From Cyanobacteria bacterium P01_D01_bin.156 (GTDB lineage Bacteria > Cyanobacteriota > Cyanobacteriia > Phormidesmidales > Phormidesmidaceae), in NCBI GenBank assembly GCA_039024555.1, contig JBCCQQ010000010.1:1-64000 (forward strand): a DNA stretch of 64,000 nt, in the 5' to 3' direction. Under the pieces are notes generated by a model. It saw only the letters and a list, made by a program, of their open reading frames with translations. It did no database searches and was not told the origin of the DNA. A program made the position numbers and the translations under genes. Below are positions 41,317 through 50,322 of the stretch, piece after piece (positions within the stretch are counted from its first letter, which is position 1; each line of letters begins with the position of its first letter).

Positions 41317-44013
41317 TCATGAGCCATTACCAATAAGTACAAACGGTGCCCAGTAATAGGGTTCATGGTGCCCTTGATCTATTAGCTGTTGTTGAGCACT
41401 TTGGAGCGCTTGAGCTTTAGTGTTACCTGTCTGCAATGCCCGATAGAAAAGCTCCATTAGCGTTGATGTGGCGCGGTCATCGACCCACCATAGCGACGCT
41501 AATGCGGCTTGTGCCTCTGTGCGCTGGACCTGAAAGCCCATGCCTAAAATCTCTAACCCGTCCTCAATATGGCTAATGCCAGTTTGGCAGGCACTAAGTA
41601 CGACTAAATCTACATTGGGCAATGACCAATGACGTAATTCCTTGAGGGTAATCGTATCTCCATCCCCCAGTAAAATAAATGAGTTTTCGGGCTGCCCTGG
41701 AACAAAGGCGGCATGAGTTGCTAAATGGACAATATTTTGTCCATTTAATTGGTTTTCCAGATTGGCACGGGTAAAGTCTGTGTCGAGTAAAATTTGAGTG
41801 TCAGGAAATGTCTTCTGTAAAGCATGCACTTCTCGACCAGCATAAGGTAGCCCATTAAAATTCATGTTTTGCTGGGCAATTCGCTTTTCAAACGTTTGAT
41901 TAGTATTGGTAAAAGCCCCGGCTAACACACTCCATGGCTGTTGCGGTGAATGGGTTAAATCACCCACATTACTGGCTGTCAAGTTATAGGAAACATAGTC
42001 CTGTGTGAGCCATCGACCACTCTCACGATTATATAGAACAGAGAGCGGAATATAGTGAAGAATGCCGTCAGGAATGTAAATAATATGTTCGATGGCCAGT
42101 TTTTCAAGAGTTTTGTTGAAAGGAGCAATAATAGCGTCATATAGTGAGCTGGCAATGGCTTTAACGTCACTGCTGGGATCTACCAGTTGTTGACGTAGGA
42201 CATTGACTTGCTCTTCAATTTGATGCTTGCTCAAGCTAGTTGTTTTATGAATGGGTGCCCCATCTGCTGAGACAAGCAACAACTCTAAACGATCTTCAAG
42301 AATGAGAGGGTAGAGCACAGCAGACTCATAAGGCAAGGCATTAAGTTTTTGCTGGAGTTCTTTCAAGGAATCTGAGTGTAGCTCGGGATTCCTATTGAGG
42401 GTGTCTAGAGCTCCCTCTACATCGGGATATGCTAAGAACTCTTCCAAACTTAGAACTGGAGAGGTTTCGGCAAAGGTCTCTAATAGCAAGATCTGGTGCT
42501 GTTCTAACAGTATTCGCTCTCCAGTTAGATAGGGCAACTTCTCTTTGAAGTCAGGTTGTTCTGAGCGAACATCGTGGAAGTAGTCTTCAAGTTCTTGGAT
42601 CTTGAGTAAATCTAAAACCTGTTGTGCTTCAAAAACACGATTTTGCTTTAGTAGTAGGGCTACTAGTTCTCGATAACTGTTAGAAACGGTTTCGACATAG
42701 CGCTGCTGAGTTTCTAAGGGGAGCGATCGCACATTGTCTCGAATTTGCTCAATGTCATTAATAGCCTGTTTATAAAATGCGATCGCTAGCAGCGGCTGTT
42801 TTTGCTGAACTAGAGATTCAGCAAAACTGATAGTGGCCATGATTGTTCGTTGTCGCTCCCCTCCATCTAAAGCCAGTCGCAGGGCTTGATGATAGTTCTC
42901 CCAGGCCACAGCATAGTCTTCTGTAGCCGAGTAGGCCCTAGCAAGTGTGATTTTGAGGTTTATCCGCAGGCCTCTATCATAGAGGGAAGTTAACTCAAGT
43001 GCTTTATTAAGCAACGATATGGCGGACTTGAGTTCCCCTAAAAAGATATGCACGTTACCCAGATTATGTAACGTTGCACTAATGTCAGAAGGACGGCCTA
43101 AAGACACTTTGATTGCCAAGGCCTGCTGATAAAAATTTAGAGCAGCTGAGTAATTGCCCTGGCGATTTTCAACGACTCCAAGATTATCGAGTATTTGGCT
43201 AGTTTGCAGCGTGTCGCCACCTGTAGCATCTAGGGCAAGAGCCTGCTTATAAAATTGCTTAGCGGTTTCATAGTCTCCTAGGTGAGTCCAAATATTGCCA
43301 ATATTGATTATTGACTTGATTTGATCTTCAATAAAAATCTCATCCACATATTCAGCATAGCCTCTTTCAAAAACAGATTGAGCTTGAGTGTAGTGCTCAA
43401 TAGCATTAGGAAAATCACCATAATCCTCAGAAATAGCTCCCAATATGTAGTATGAGTAACCTAAACTGTCTGGTGTTACAGGTGCATCTAATGACAGCTC
43501 AATAACTTGATTTAGAAGCGCAATAGCCTGTTCTCGCTGCCCCAATTTAAAGGCTAACCGTCCCCAAGAATAGAATATATCTGCTCTCAAAGTCATTACT
43601 TGGGGGATTTCAATCATATCAGTAATGCCTAGAGCCTGTTGATAAGCTTCAACGGCTAACTGTGGCTGAGACATCTCATGATAAATCTGGCCAATTTTCT
43701 GTAATGTAATGGCTAACCCAATAGAATTATCATCTTGCCTGTAGAGATCCTTTGCCTGCTGAAACGTGTCCAGGGCAGCTGATAGCTGATCATCTATAAA
43801 TAGACGCTCCCCTACGTCTAATAACGTTTCTATTTGGACAGCTTGCGTTGGATGAGTCTGAGCTAGGATCGTAGGCGCTCCTAAACTTAGAAAAAAGACG
43901 AGACTTAAGCCCAGATTAATAGGTATTTTTTGTCGCACTAATCCTTTACTGCCAAAAGCTCCACACTTTGAGAGTACACAACGAATCCTCAAAGTGTGGA
44001 GTGTTTTTAACAC
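41317..44013 (-). CDS. TPR-repeat CHAT-domain protease with signal-like N-terminus
   Basis: TPR array followed by HLATHA, VVLSACQTG, SLWWVDD and PYYWAPFVLIGN. Start codon uncertain. Confidence 0.92.
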   Translation of the reverse strand: MLKTLHTLRIRCVLSKCGAFGSKGLVRQKIPINLGLSLVFFLSLGAPTILAQTHPTQAVQIETLLDVGERLFIDDQLSAALDTFQQAKDLYRQDDNSIGLAITLQKIGQIYHEMSQPQLAVEAYQQALGITDMIEIPQVMTLRADIFYSWGRLAFKLGQREQAIALLNQVIELSLDAPVTPDSLGYSYYILGAISEDYGDFPNAIEHYTQAQSVFERGYAEYVDEIFIEDQIKSIINIGNIWTHLGDYETAKQFYKQALALDATGGDTLQTSQILDNLGVVENRQGNYSAALNFYQQALAIKVSLGRPSDISATLHNLGNVHIFLGELKSAISLLNKALELTSLYDRGLRINLKITLARAYSATEDYAVAWENYHQALRLALDGGERQRTIMATISFAESLVQQKQPLLAIAFYKQAINDIEQIRDNVRSLPLETQQRYVETVSNSYRELVALLLKQNRVFEAQQVLDLLKIQELEDYFHDVRSEQPDFKEKLPYLTGERILLEQHQILLLETFAETSPVLSLEEFLAYPDVEGALDTLNRNPELHSDSLKELQQKLNALPYESAVLYPLILEDRLELLLVSADGAPIHKTTSLSKHQIEEQVNVLRQQLVDPSSDVKAIASSLYDAIIAPFNKTLEKLAIEHIIYIPDGILHYIPLSVLYNRESGRWLTQDYVSYNLTASNVGDLTHSPQQPWSVLAGAFTNTNQTFEKRIAQQNMNFNGLPYAGREVHALQKTFPDTQILLDTDFTRANLENQLNGQNIVHLATHAAFVPGQPENSFILLGDGDTITLKELRHWSLPNVDLVVLSACQTGISHIEDGLEILGMGFQVQRTEAQAALASLWWVDDRATSTLMELFYRALQTGNTKAQALQSAQQQLIDQGHHEPYYWAPFVLIGNGS

Positions 44014-44055
44014 TATCTCTAGTGTGGTACGTATAAACTAATATCGGCTACATGG

Positions 44056-44175
44056 TTATGAAAAGGTATATTGACGACTGAATTTGCGAGATAACCATCT
44101 CATTGCTCGACGTCTGCGATTGGGACGTGAATCTGGACGTACGGGGGCTGATGTATCTGATGAAGAAGCGGTCAT
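44056..44175 (-). CDS. Possible 39-aa Pro/Arg-rich small protein (MTASSSDTSAPVRPDSRPNRRRRAMRWLSRKFSRQYTFS)
   Basis: ATG-to-TAA ORF directly upstream of and co-oriented with the CHAT gene. No clear SD sequence. Confidence 0.35.
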   Translation of the reverse strand: MTASSSDTSAPVRPDSRPNRRRRAMRWLSRKFSRQYTFS

Positions 44176-44281
44176 AGTGAACTACTTAGCCTAATTTTCT
44201 GCCGTTAGAATTTCCAACTTCGATGTAACAAGCGTGTTGCCGTTGATATCTTGATGATGAAATCTGGGGGATGGATCTGTC

Positions 44282-44302
44282 AGTACTCTTTGGGGTACTT
44301 TC
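44282..44302. promoter_or_regulatory. Second copy of the GTAC-N8-GTAC palindrome
   Basis: AGTACTCTTTGGGGTACTTTC versus AGTACCCTTTCGGGTACTTTC at 2450-2470. Lies in the divergent CHAT/sigma intergenic region. Confidence 0.55.
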
Positions 44303-44770
44303 AGTATCAATTTTGCTGTGTAGTCAAATGCTACATGGCTACTTGATATATTCCGGACAAGGTTTTAGCAAATCAACATCTATCGTTGCTGATCTAGAAG
44401 ATGGAGCGAGCAATAACGCTGCCTAAGGGGCTGGATATGATCGATCAAGCCAAGTCGAGGGTCTGGATGCTGGACAACTACTGGGGATTTTTTATCGCCA
44501 TTTCTTGACAGTGGCAACGGCCTAAAGATTGGCCTGATGAAAACTTTGACCTGACTGATAGCCGCTTATACATCCTGCTCTAGCCGACCGATGGACTGCA
44601 TAGATTTGATGATTTGCTTTGGACTGACCCAAACTTTACTTTTGTAAATTCCTCCGGACGAGTGCAGAATAATTTGACTTTGCCCTGATGAATAACTAGC
44701 CGTATAAATTGATATAGGTGGAAAGACGCTAATGCGGACAGTTTTCAGGCGGAGGAACCCAGGGCAGTCA

Positions 44771-45409
44771 ATGAATAATGCTCCAGATGAATTACGTCGG
44801 TTAGCTTGTGAGGCGTGTCGTTACCGTTACGGTAGCCCAGAACGCCAACGGTACCTAACCCAGTTAATTCAGATGGTAAAGCCCCATCTTTGGCGAGACC
44901 CTAACCCTTATTACCAGGATGCTCTGCAACAAACATGGATTTACTTATGCCAAAACCTGTGTGAAGGCAAAACAGCTAAGCCTTATGACCCTGATATTGC
45001 CAGTGTTGCAACTTGGTTAAATGCGTATCTTAAATTTCGACTATTAGATTTTTCTAACGCGACTAAACAAGAACGTCAACGCTGCATTTCTTCCTACACC
45101 GATGATGGCAAGACGACTAATATTGTGGAGACCTTAGTCGCTAAACCAGCCATTCCTCCAATCTTAGAGAGAGTTCAAGATTGGTTAGAACAGAACGCTC
45201 ATGAATTATGCCAGATTCATATCGCTAATCATCCGGAAATCAACTGTTATGAAATGATTCTTAGGCGGCTACCTCCAGAAACGCCTTGGCACGCAATTGA
45301 AACAGAATTTGGGGTGTCCTATAAAACTCTTGAAAGCTTTTATCGTCGTCAATGTAAACCTCGCCTTCGAGAGTTCGGGCGAGCCGAAGGTCATTTGAGT
45401 ACTCGTTAA
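44771..45409 (+). CDS. Compact sigma-70-like factor
   Basis: Region 2-like YQDALQQTW...YDP...SVATWLNAYLKFRLLD and C-terminal HTH WHAIETEFGVSYKTLESFYRR. Alternative start at 44732. Confidence 0.75.
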   Translation: MNNAPDELRRLACEACRYRYGSPERQRYLTQLIQMVKPHLWRDPNPYYQDALQQTWIYLCQNLCEGKTAKPYDPDIASVATWLNAYLKFRLLDFSNATKQERQRCISSYTDDGKTTNIVETLVAKPAIPPILERVQDWLEQNAHELCQIHIANHPEINCYEMILRRLPPETPWHAIETEFGVSYKTLESFYRRQCKPRLREFGRAEGHLSTR

Positions 45410-45461
45410 AGTTTAGTTTGTTGATTCCCATCACTGTCACAGCATTCCGGAGTATCCATCC

Positions 45462-46430
45462 ATGTCTTATTCATCACAAAATAACAATGTAACCATGTTG
45501 ACCTGGCCCATTACCCAACGAGGGAAACTAATTGCCCAACAGTTTGCCAATGCTCACTCTCATCCTGAGATTGCAGAGCGTGTTCGAAAAAATACTCTAG
45601 CGGTTTGGGTCATTCATGATTTCTTCTGTGCTTTAGGTATCGCCACGGATTTATTGACGAGCGATAGCTGGAATCCTGCCATGCAAGCCATAGAGGATGT
45701 GGCTGATTTAGTAGTGCCGGGGATGGGACAGCTAGAATGTCGTCCAGTTTGTGGCGAGAGCACTGTCTATATGCTGCCAGAAAACACTTGGGAGGAACGG
45801 ATAGGTTATGTTGCAGTCGCCTTGAACGAAGGAGTCGGGGAAGCTACTTTACTCGGATTTGCATCTGAAGTGCCTCCTACTCAACCTCAATTACAACGGG
45901 AACAACTACAGCCGATGGAGTATTTCCCAGCGTATCTCCATCAAATTCGTCATGAGAAAAGTACTCCAGAACGTTCTCAGCTAACACAGCTCAGTCAATG
46001 GGTGGAAGGCTATTTTGATGATGGCTGGCAGTTAGCAGAAGACTTGTTGGCTCAGTATATGTGGACTCCAGCTTTTCGGCAGAGCTCTCAACTGTTACAG
46101 TCAGAGACTGCTCAGCAAATTAAACGAGCAAAACAGCTTGACCTGGGACTTAAGCTGGGAAGAGAACACGTGGCTCTGGTGCTGGAAATTGGCCAGGATA
46201 AGGCGTTTACTAATGTGGGAGTCCGTGTATACCCTCTCGGCGGGCAGATGTATTTACCAGAGAGTCTTGTGGTCAAGATTTTAGATGAGACTGGCAAGGT
46301 ATATTTGACTGCCCAGTCGCGCAGTTTAGATAACTATTTGCAACTTTATTTTAGGGGGCATCGTGGGGAATTTTTTAGTGTACAGCTAGATTTAGCAGAC
46401 ATCTCTCTTGTGGAACATTTTATGATTTGA
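45462..46430 (+). CDS. DUF1822 family protein (candidate anti-sigma factor)
   Basis: NTLAVW, SDSWNP, LECRPV, RIGYVAV, LSQW...GWQ, AFR and DNYLQL motifs. Confidence 0.85.
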   Translation: MSYSSQNNNVTMLTWPITQRGKLIAQQFANAHSHPEIAERVRKNTLAVWVIHDFFCALGIATDLLTSDSWNPAMQAIEDVADLVVPGMGQLECRPVCGESTVYMLPENTWEERIGYVAVALNEGVGEATLLGFASEVPPTQPQLQREQLQPMEYFPAYLHQIRHEKSTPERSQLTQLSQWVEGYFDDGWQLAEDLLAQYMWTPAFRQSSQLLQSETAQQIKRAKQLDLGLKLGREHVALVLEIGQDKAFTNVGVRVYPLGGQMYLPESLVVKILDETGKVYLTAQSRSLDNYLQLYFRGHRGEFFSVQLDLADISLVEHFMI

Positions 46431-48853
46431 TGCGGAACAGTATGGTTAATCAGGTCAACCAGGACAATCCCCTCGGTAAGCTGGTAGTACTTAAGTTGGG
46501 TCCTGGCAACTTCCAGCAAGGTTTTGCCGTAACCCTGCAAATTGGTTTTGAGACAGAACGACCGACGTTAGAACTAACGGGGATGCTACCTCCAGCACCA
46601 GATTTACCAACGTTATACCATCAGTGGCAGGCGGCTTATCGACAAATGCAGGGGCCGAACCGTCTGGAAGCCCAGACCAGCATGGTCACTAATGTATCTT
46701 GGGTCGGGGATTGTCAGGAAAGCGCTGAGATGCTGTGCGATCGCATCAATCACTGGCTTATCCAGCCAACTTTTCAACCTATCCACAACAAACTGTTAGA
46801 ACAGCTAAATCCCGCTGATGTCATCCGACTCGTAGTACAAACAGAAGACCCCATCATCAAACGACTGCCATGGCACCAATGGGATCTGCTCCAGCGATAT
46901 CCCCAGGCAGAACTAGCCCTAAGTGCCCCGGTATACCAACAGGTGACAGCCCCTAGGCATCGACAGAAAACCGTTAGGATTCTTGCCATATTTGGCGAGG
47001 CAACTGGCCTAGATTTATCCACAGATCAGACCTTACTGCAAAATTTACCCGACGTCGATCTGCATTTTCTGACCGCGCCTAGTCGACAGACTCTCAATCA
47101 GTATCTATGGCAGTCCCAAGGTTGGGATATTTTGTTCTTTGCAGGCCATAGCAACAGCAATCACAAAAACGGACTGCTTAGTTTGAATGCTCAGGATAGC
47201 CTAACGATTCCTGAGCTGAAATATGCGTTGACTAAAGCGGTGCGGCGGGGGTTAGCGATCGCAATTTTTAACTCCTGTGATGGTCTAGGGCTGGCGGAAG
47301 ATTTGGCCGATCTCCATATCCCGCAAATTCTCATTATGCGAGAGCCTGTGCCAGATCGAGTCGCCCATGAATTTCTCAAGGGTTTTTTGGAAAATTTTTC
47401 CCACAATACACCGCTGTATCTATCCGTGCGGGAAGCCCGAGAGCGGTTGCAGGCATTAGAACATCAATTCCCCTGTGCCACCTGGCTACCGATGCTGTGC
47501 CAAAACCTAGCCCAGCAGCCCCCTACCTGGCAAAGTTTGCAGGGCCGGTCGTCAGTCATTGCCCAGAACAAGCAATCCAGGGAAGTACATCAGCCCTGGA
47601 TTGCCGTTGGGGTAGGAACTGCTATTACCGTTGCCACCCTGGGCATTCGTCTACTAGGGGGGCTGGAGCTATTGGAGCTAGCGAGCTATGACCGCTTTAC
47701 TCGCTGGTGGCCGTTCTGGGAAAACCCTGACTCCCGTATTGTTGTAATTGAAAATACAGCCACTGACCTAAAACAACAGGGATTGGATAGGACCTCCCAT
47801 ACATCCATTACCGATCAAACATTGCTGGCTGTATTACAAGAGATTGAGTCATTTCAGCCTAGGGTGATTGGTCTCGATATTTATCATGAACATGACATCT
47901 CTCCCGATTTGCCAGAATTAAAACAACAATTAGAGACTTCGGCCAATCTAGTTACCCTGTGTAAACACGCGTCCATCTCAACCGCAACACAGGGTATTGC
48001 CCCACCACCGAATGTGGACCTGACTTATGGTGGTCTAGGGTTTAGCGATTTGTTTGAAGATCGAGACGGGAAAGCCCGTCGTATTTTATTGGCAACAGAG
48101 CCCCCACCAGGATCTGTTTGTACAGCTTATAAAAGTTTTGCGGCCCTTGTGGCCGCTCATTATTTGGATGCGAAAGCGATAGAAAGGCCCCAAAGTCCTT
48201 GGTTGGATGATGTGTTTTGGTCTAACGATGAACAGTTTCAAATTAAACAGACCCAGATTCCTCCCTTACATCCGACTTCTGGAGGGTATCGCTTATCAAG
48301 ACAAGGCTTTGGAGGCTATCAGCAGCTACTTCACTATCGACATTTGCAGGATCTAGAAGCTATTGCAGACACCTACACATTATCGGAAATACTAAATGGG
48401 AAGGTTGCAAGGGAGGCACTGCGCGATCGCATTGTACTCATCGGTACCACAGCCCTTGAATTTGGTATGGGCGACATTGAAGAACGAGATTTTTGGGAGA
48501 CTCCTTACACCACTAGTGAGCGTCCTGAAGACATGATGCCAGGTGTTTTTATCCAGGCGCATATTATTAGCCAGCTGATTAGTGCGGTAGAAGATAATCG
48601 TCCCCTGATTAGCACCTGGAATGAAGGGTTAGAGATCGGATGGATTATCCTCTGGTCATTAGTGGGAGGTGTCTTGGGCTGGCATTTAACCAAAGGGAAG
48701 TTTTGGTTAATGTTCTTGACCCTAGAAACTAGTTTGTTTCTAATTTGCTGGATACTACTGGCAGTCCCTGCCATTTGGGTGCCCTATGTTCCTGCCGTCA
48801 TCGTCTTCACAGGCTCCACTATCACCGTTAATCACTACCGATATCGCCCATGA
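46430..48853 (+). CDS. CHAT-CHASE2 membrane protein (N-terminal CHAT-like protease, TM, CHASE2 sensor, C-terminal TMs)
   Basis: LPWHQW, FFAGHS (His) and FNSCDG (Cys), then a TM segment, CHASE2 motifs PRVIGLDIY, GFSD, IVLIG and PGVFIQA, then hydrophobic helices. TGATG overlap with the DUF1822 stop. Confidence 0.88.
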   Translation: MRNSMVNQVNQDNPLGKLVVLKLGPGNFQQGFAVTLQIGFETERPTLELTGMLPPAPDLPTLYHQWQAAYRQMQGPNRLEAQTSMVTNVSWVGDCQESAEMLCDRINHWLIQPTFQPIHNKLLEQLNPADVIRLVVQTEDPIIKRLPWHQWDLLQRYPQAELALSAPVYQQVTAPRHRQKTVRILAIFGEATGLDLSTDQTLLQNLPDVDLHFLTAPSRQTLNQYLWQSQGWDILFFAGHSNSNHKNGLLSLNAQDSLTIPELKYALTKAVRRGLAIAIFNSCDGLGLAEDLADLHIPQILIMREPVPDRVAHEFLKGFLENFSHNTPLYLSVREARERLQALEHQFPCATWLPMLCQNLAQQPPTWQSLQGRSSVIAQNKQSREVHQPWIAVGVGTAITVATLGIRLLGGLELLELASYDRFTRWWPFWENPDSRIVVIENTATDLKQQGLDRTSHTSITDQTLLAVLQEIESFQPRVIGLDIYHEHDISPDLPELKQQLETSANLVTLCKHASISTATQGIAPPPNVDLTYGGLGFSDLFEDRDGKARRILLATEPPPGSVCTAYKSFAALVAAHYLDAKAIERPQSPWLDDVFWSNDEQFQIKQTQIPPLHPTSGGYRLSRQGFGGYQQLLHYRHLQDLEAIADTYTLSEILNGKVAREALRDRIVLIGTTALEFGMGDIEERDFWETPYTTSERPEDMMPGVFIQAHIISQLISAVEDNRPLISTWNEGLEIGWIILWSLVGGVLGWHLTKGKFWLMFLTLETSLFLICWILLAVPAIWVPYVPAVIVFTGSTITVNHYRYRP

Positions 48854-49623
48854 AGTGCATTTACTCCTTGACCAGTCATACGCCTTTTTATCTTGTTTTG
48901 TTGCTCCCGTTTAGCCTAGGAATAGCTTCTCCTGGGTTAGCCCATACGTCTAAAATTTTTAACAGACCGATCGCTGCGCCCACACTTTTGACAGGACGCC
49001 CTAGTAATTTAGGCTATCCCCAAGATGGCACCCGGCGGGGCGGTGGCAGTCGTGGTGGAGTATGCGATGTATCTCCGGGCACCCCTCCCTTAACGGCCCT
49101 CATGCCCGACACCAGTACCTGGACCGACAGTGAGCAATCTTCCCTAGAGGACGTTGTTTTTAGTTTGACTCAACAATCGTCTCCAGACATCTGGATTTAT
49201 GTTCCCTATATTATCGAGACGTCTAATCAGCTACTGTTTACCCTCAAAGACGACGCGAATAATCAGCTGATGCGGGTACAGCTAGCTTCTACAGAGAATC
49301 TTCCTTCCACCCCTGGTATTATTCAGGTCTCCTTTAATAGTCTAGGAGTCAATCTATTACCCAATGTGGATTACCACTGGTATGTGACGGTGAACTGTGA
49401 GCAAGGCCCTCCAGTTGTGGTGGATGGCTGGTTACGGCATCAGGTTGATCGAGCAGAGGACGCTCCTGAGCATACTTTTTTTGTAGATGACCTATCGTCT
49501 TTGGTTCAAACAACCAGTAGCGATGCTTCAGCCCGCATGGAGTGGCAAGCTTTATTGAAGGCTGTTGGATTAGAAGATATTTCTACAGCACCGATTGTCA
49601 ATTGTTGTCGTTTGGTTAACTGA
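48850..49623 (+). CDS. DUF928 family exported protein
   Basis: Signal peptide; RRGGGSRGGVC, LTALMP, WIYVPY, YHW and LLKAVGL motifs. ATGA overlap with the CHASE2 gene. Confidence 0.85.
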   Translation: MKCIYSLTSHTPFYLVLLLPFSLGIASPGLAHTSKIFNRPIAAPTLLTGRPSNLGYPQDGTRRGGGSRGGVCDVSPGTPPLTALMPDTSTWTDSEQSSLEDVVFSLTQQSSPDIWIYVPYIIETSNQLLFTLKDDANNQLMRVQLASTENLPSTPGIIQVSFNSLGVNLLPNVDYHWYVTVNCEQGPPVVVDGWLRHQVDRAEDAPEHTFFVDDLSSLVQTTSSDASARMEWQALLKAVGLEDISTAPIVNCCRLVN

Positions 49624-49716
49624 GATCTTGCACCAGTCTCACTAAAGGCTTGGCAAGTGGACAAAAATCTGAAAAAACGGGTGTAACCAAACGAAAAACT
49701 GGAGGCCATGATAAAC

Positions 49717-49753
49717 CAGCCCCGGCAAACATGCTTGCCGAGGCTGTTTTTTT
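49717..49753 (+). terminator. Intrinsic terminator of the sigma-DUF1822-CHASE2-DUF928 operon
   Basis: CAGCCCCGGCAA...TTGCCGAGGCTG followed by T7. Confidence 0.75.
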
Positions 49754-49801
49754 GACGACGGATGATCCGCTGCAGGTGGCACTCTCCGCATCAGTAACGC
49801 T

Positions 49802-50317
49802 TTAGGAAGCCGTAGCCTTTAGAAATCGATTGGTAAACTTAAGGACATTGCCAAAATCTGTGCTGTTGGTACGCTTGCCATCTAAAAACGTATCCAGGAG
49901 AGAGTTGCTATTCTCAACGCTGCTAGATGTTGGAGCTCCCATATTCAACAGTTGCATAATCACAGGAAGTAACTTAGGCAAAATTGTCTGGGCAACGCCA
50001 ATATTCATCCCTGTTTTCTGCGCAACGGTCTGGGCTAATCGTTGTTGTAACTGAGGTGGAATCAAAGAGGTCACCATGTCGGCATTATCTGCAGTACCCA
50101 ACATCGAGGTGAGGGCGCTGCCTCCTAACTGTGTTTGTTTTTGTTTTAACAAGGGCTGCAGCGTTGCTCCTAATACAGTCATCATGGACTGCATTTGTTG
50201 AGAGTTAACACCCTGGCTGACAGCCAACTGCTGAACGGTTGTTGTGACTTGTTCTAGCTGGCCAACACTCGCCTGCTGGTTAGGGTTATTGATGGCGCTT
50301 AGAATTTCAAAAAACAT
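49802..50317 (-). CDS. DUF937-like helical protein
   Basis: MFFEILSAINNPNQQASV start and LLPVIMQLL...FLD motif; family recognised from memory. Confidence 0.7.
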   Translation of the reverse strand: MFFEILSAINNPNQQASVGQLEQVTTTVQQLAVSQGVNSQQMQSMMTVLGATLQPLLKQKQTQLGGSALTSMLGTADNADMVTSLIPPQLQQRLAQTVAQKTGMNIGVAQTILPKLLPVIMQLLNMGAPTSSSVENSNSLLDTFLDGKRTNSTDFGNVLKFTNRFLKATAS

Positions 50318-50322
50318 GCTTT

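Noticed and set aside
44370..44690. Possible decayed gene between the CHAT and sigma genes
   Set aside because: Protein-like fragments interrupted by stops, but I could not recognise any family.
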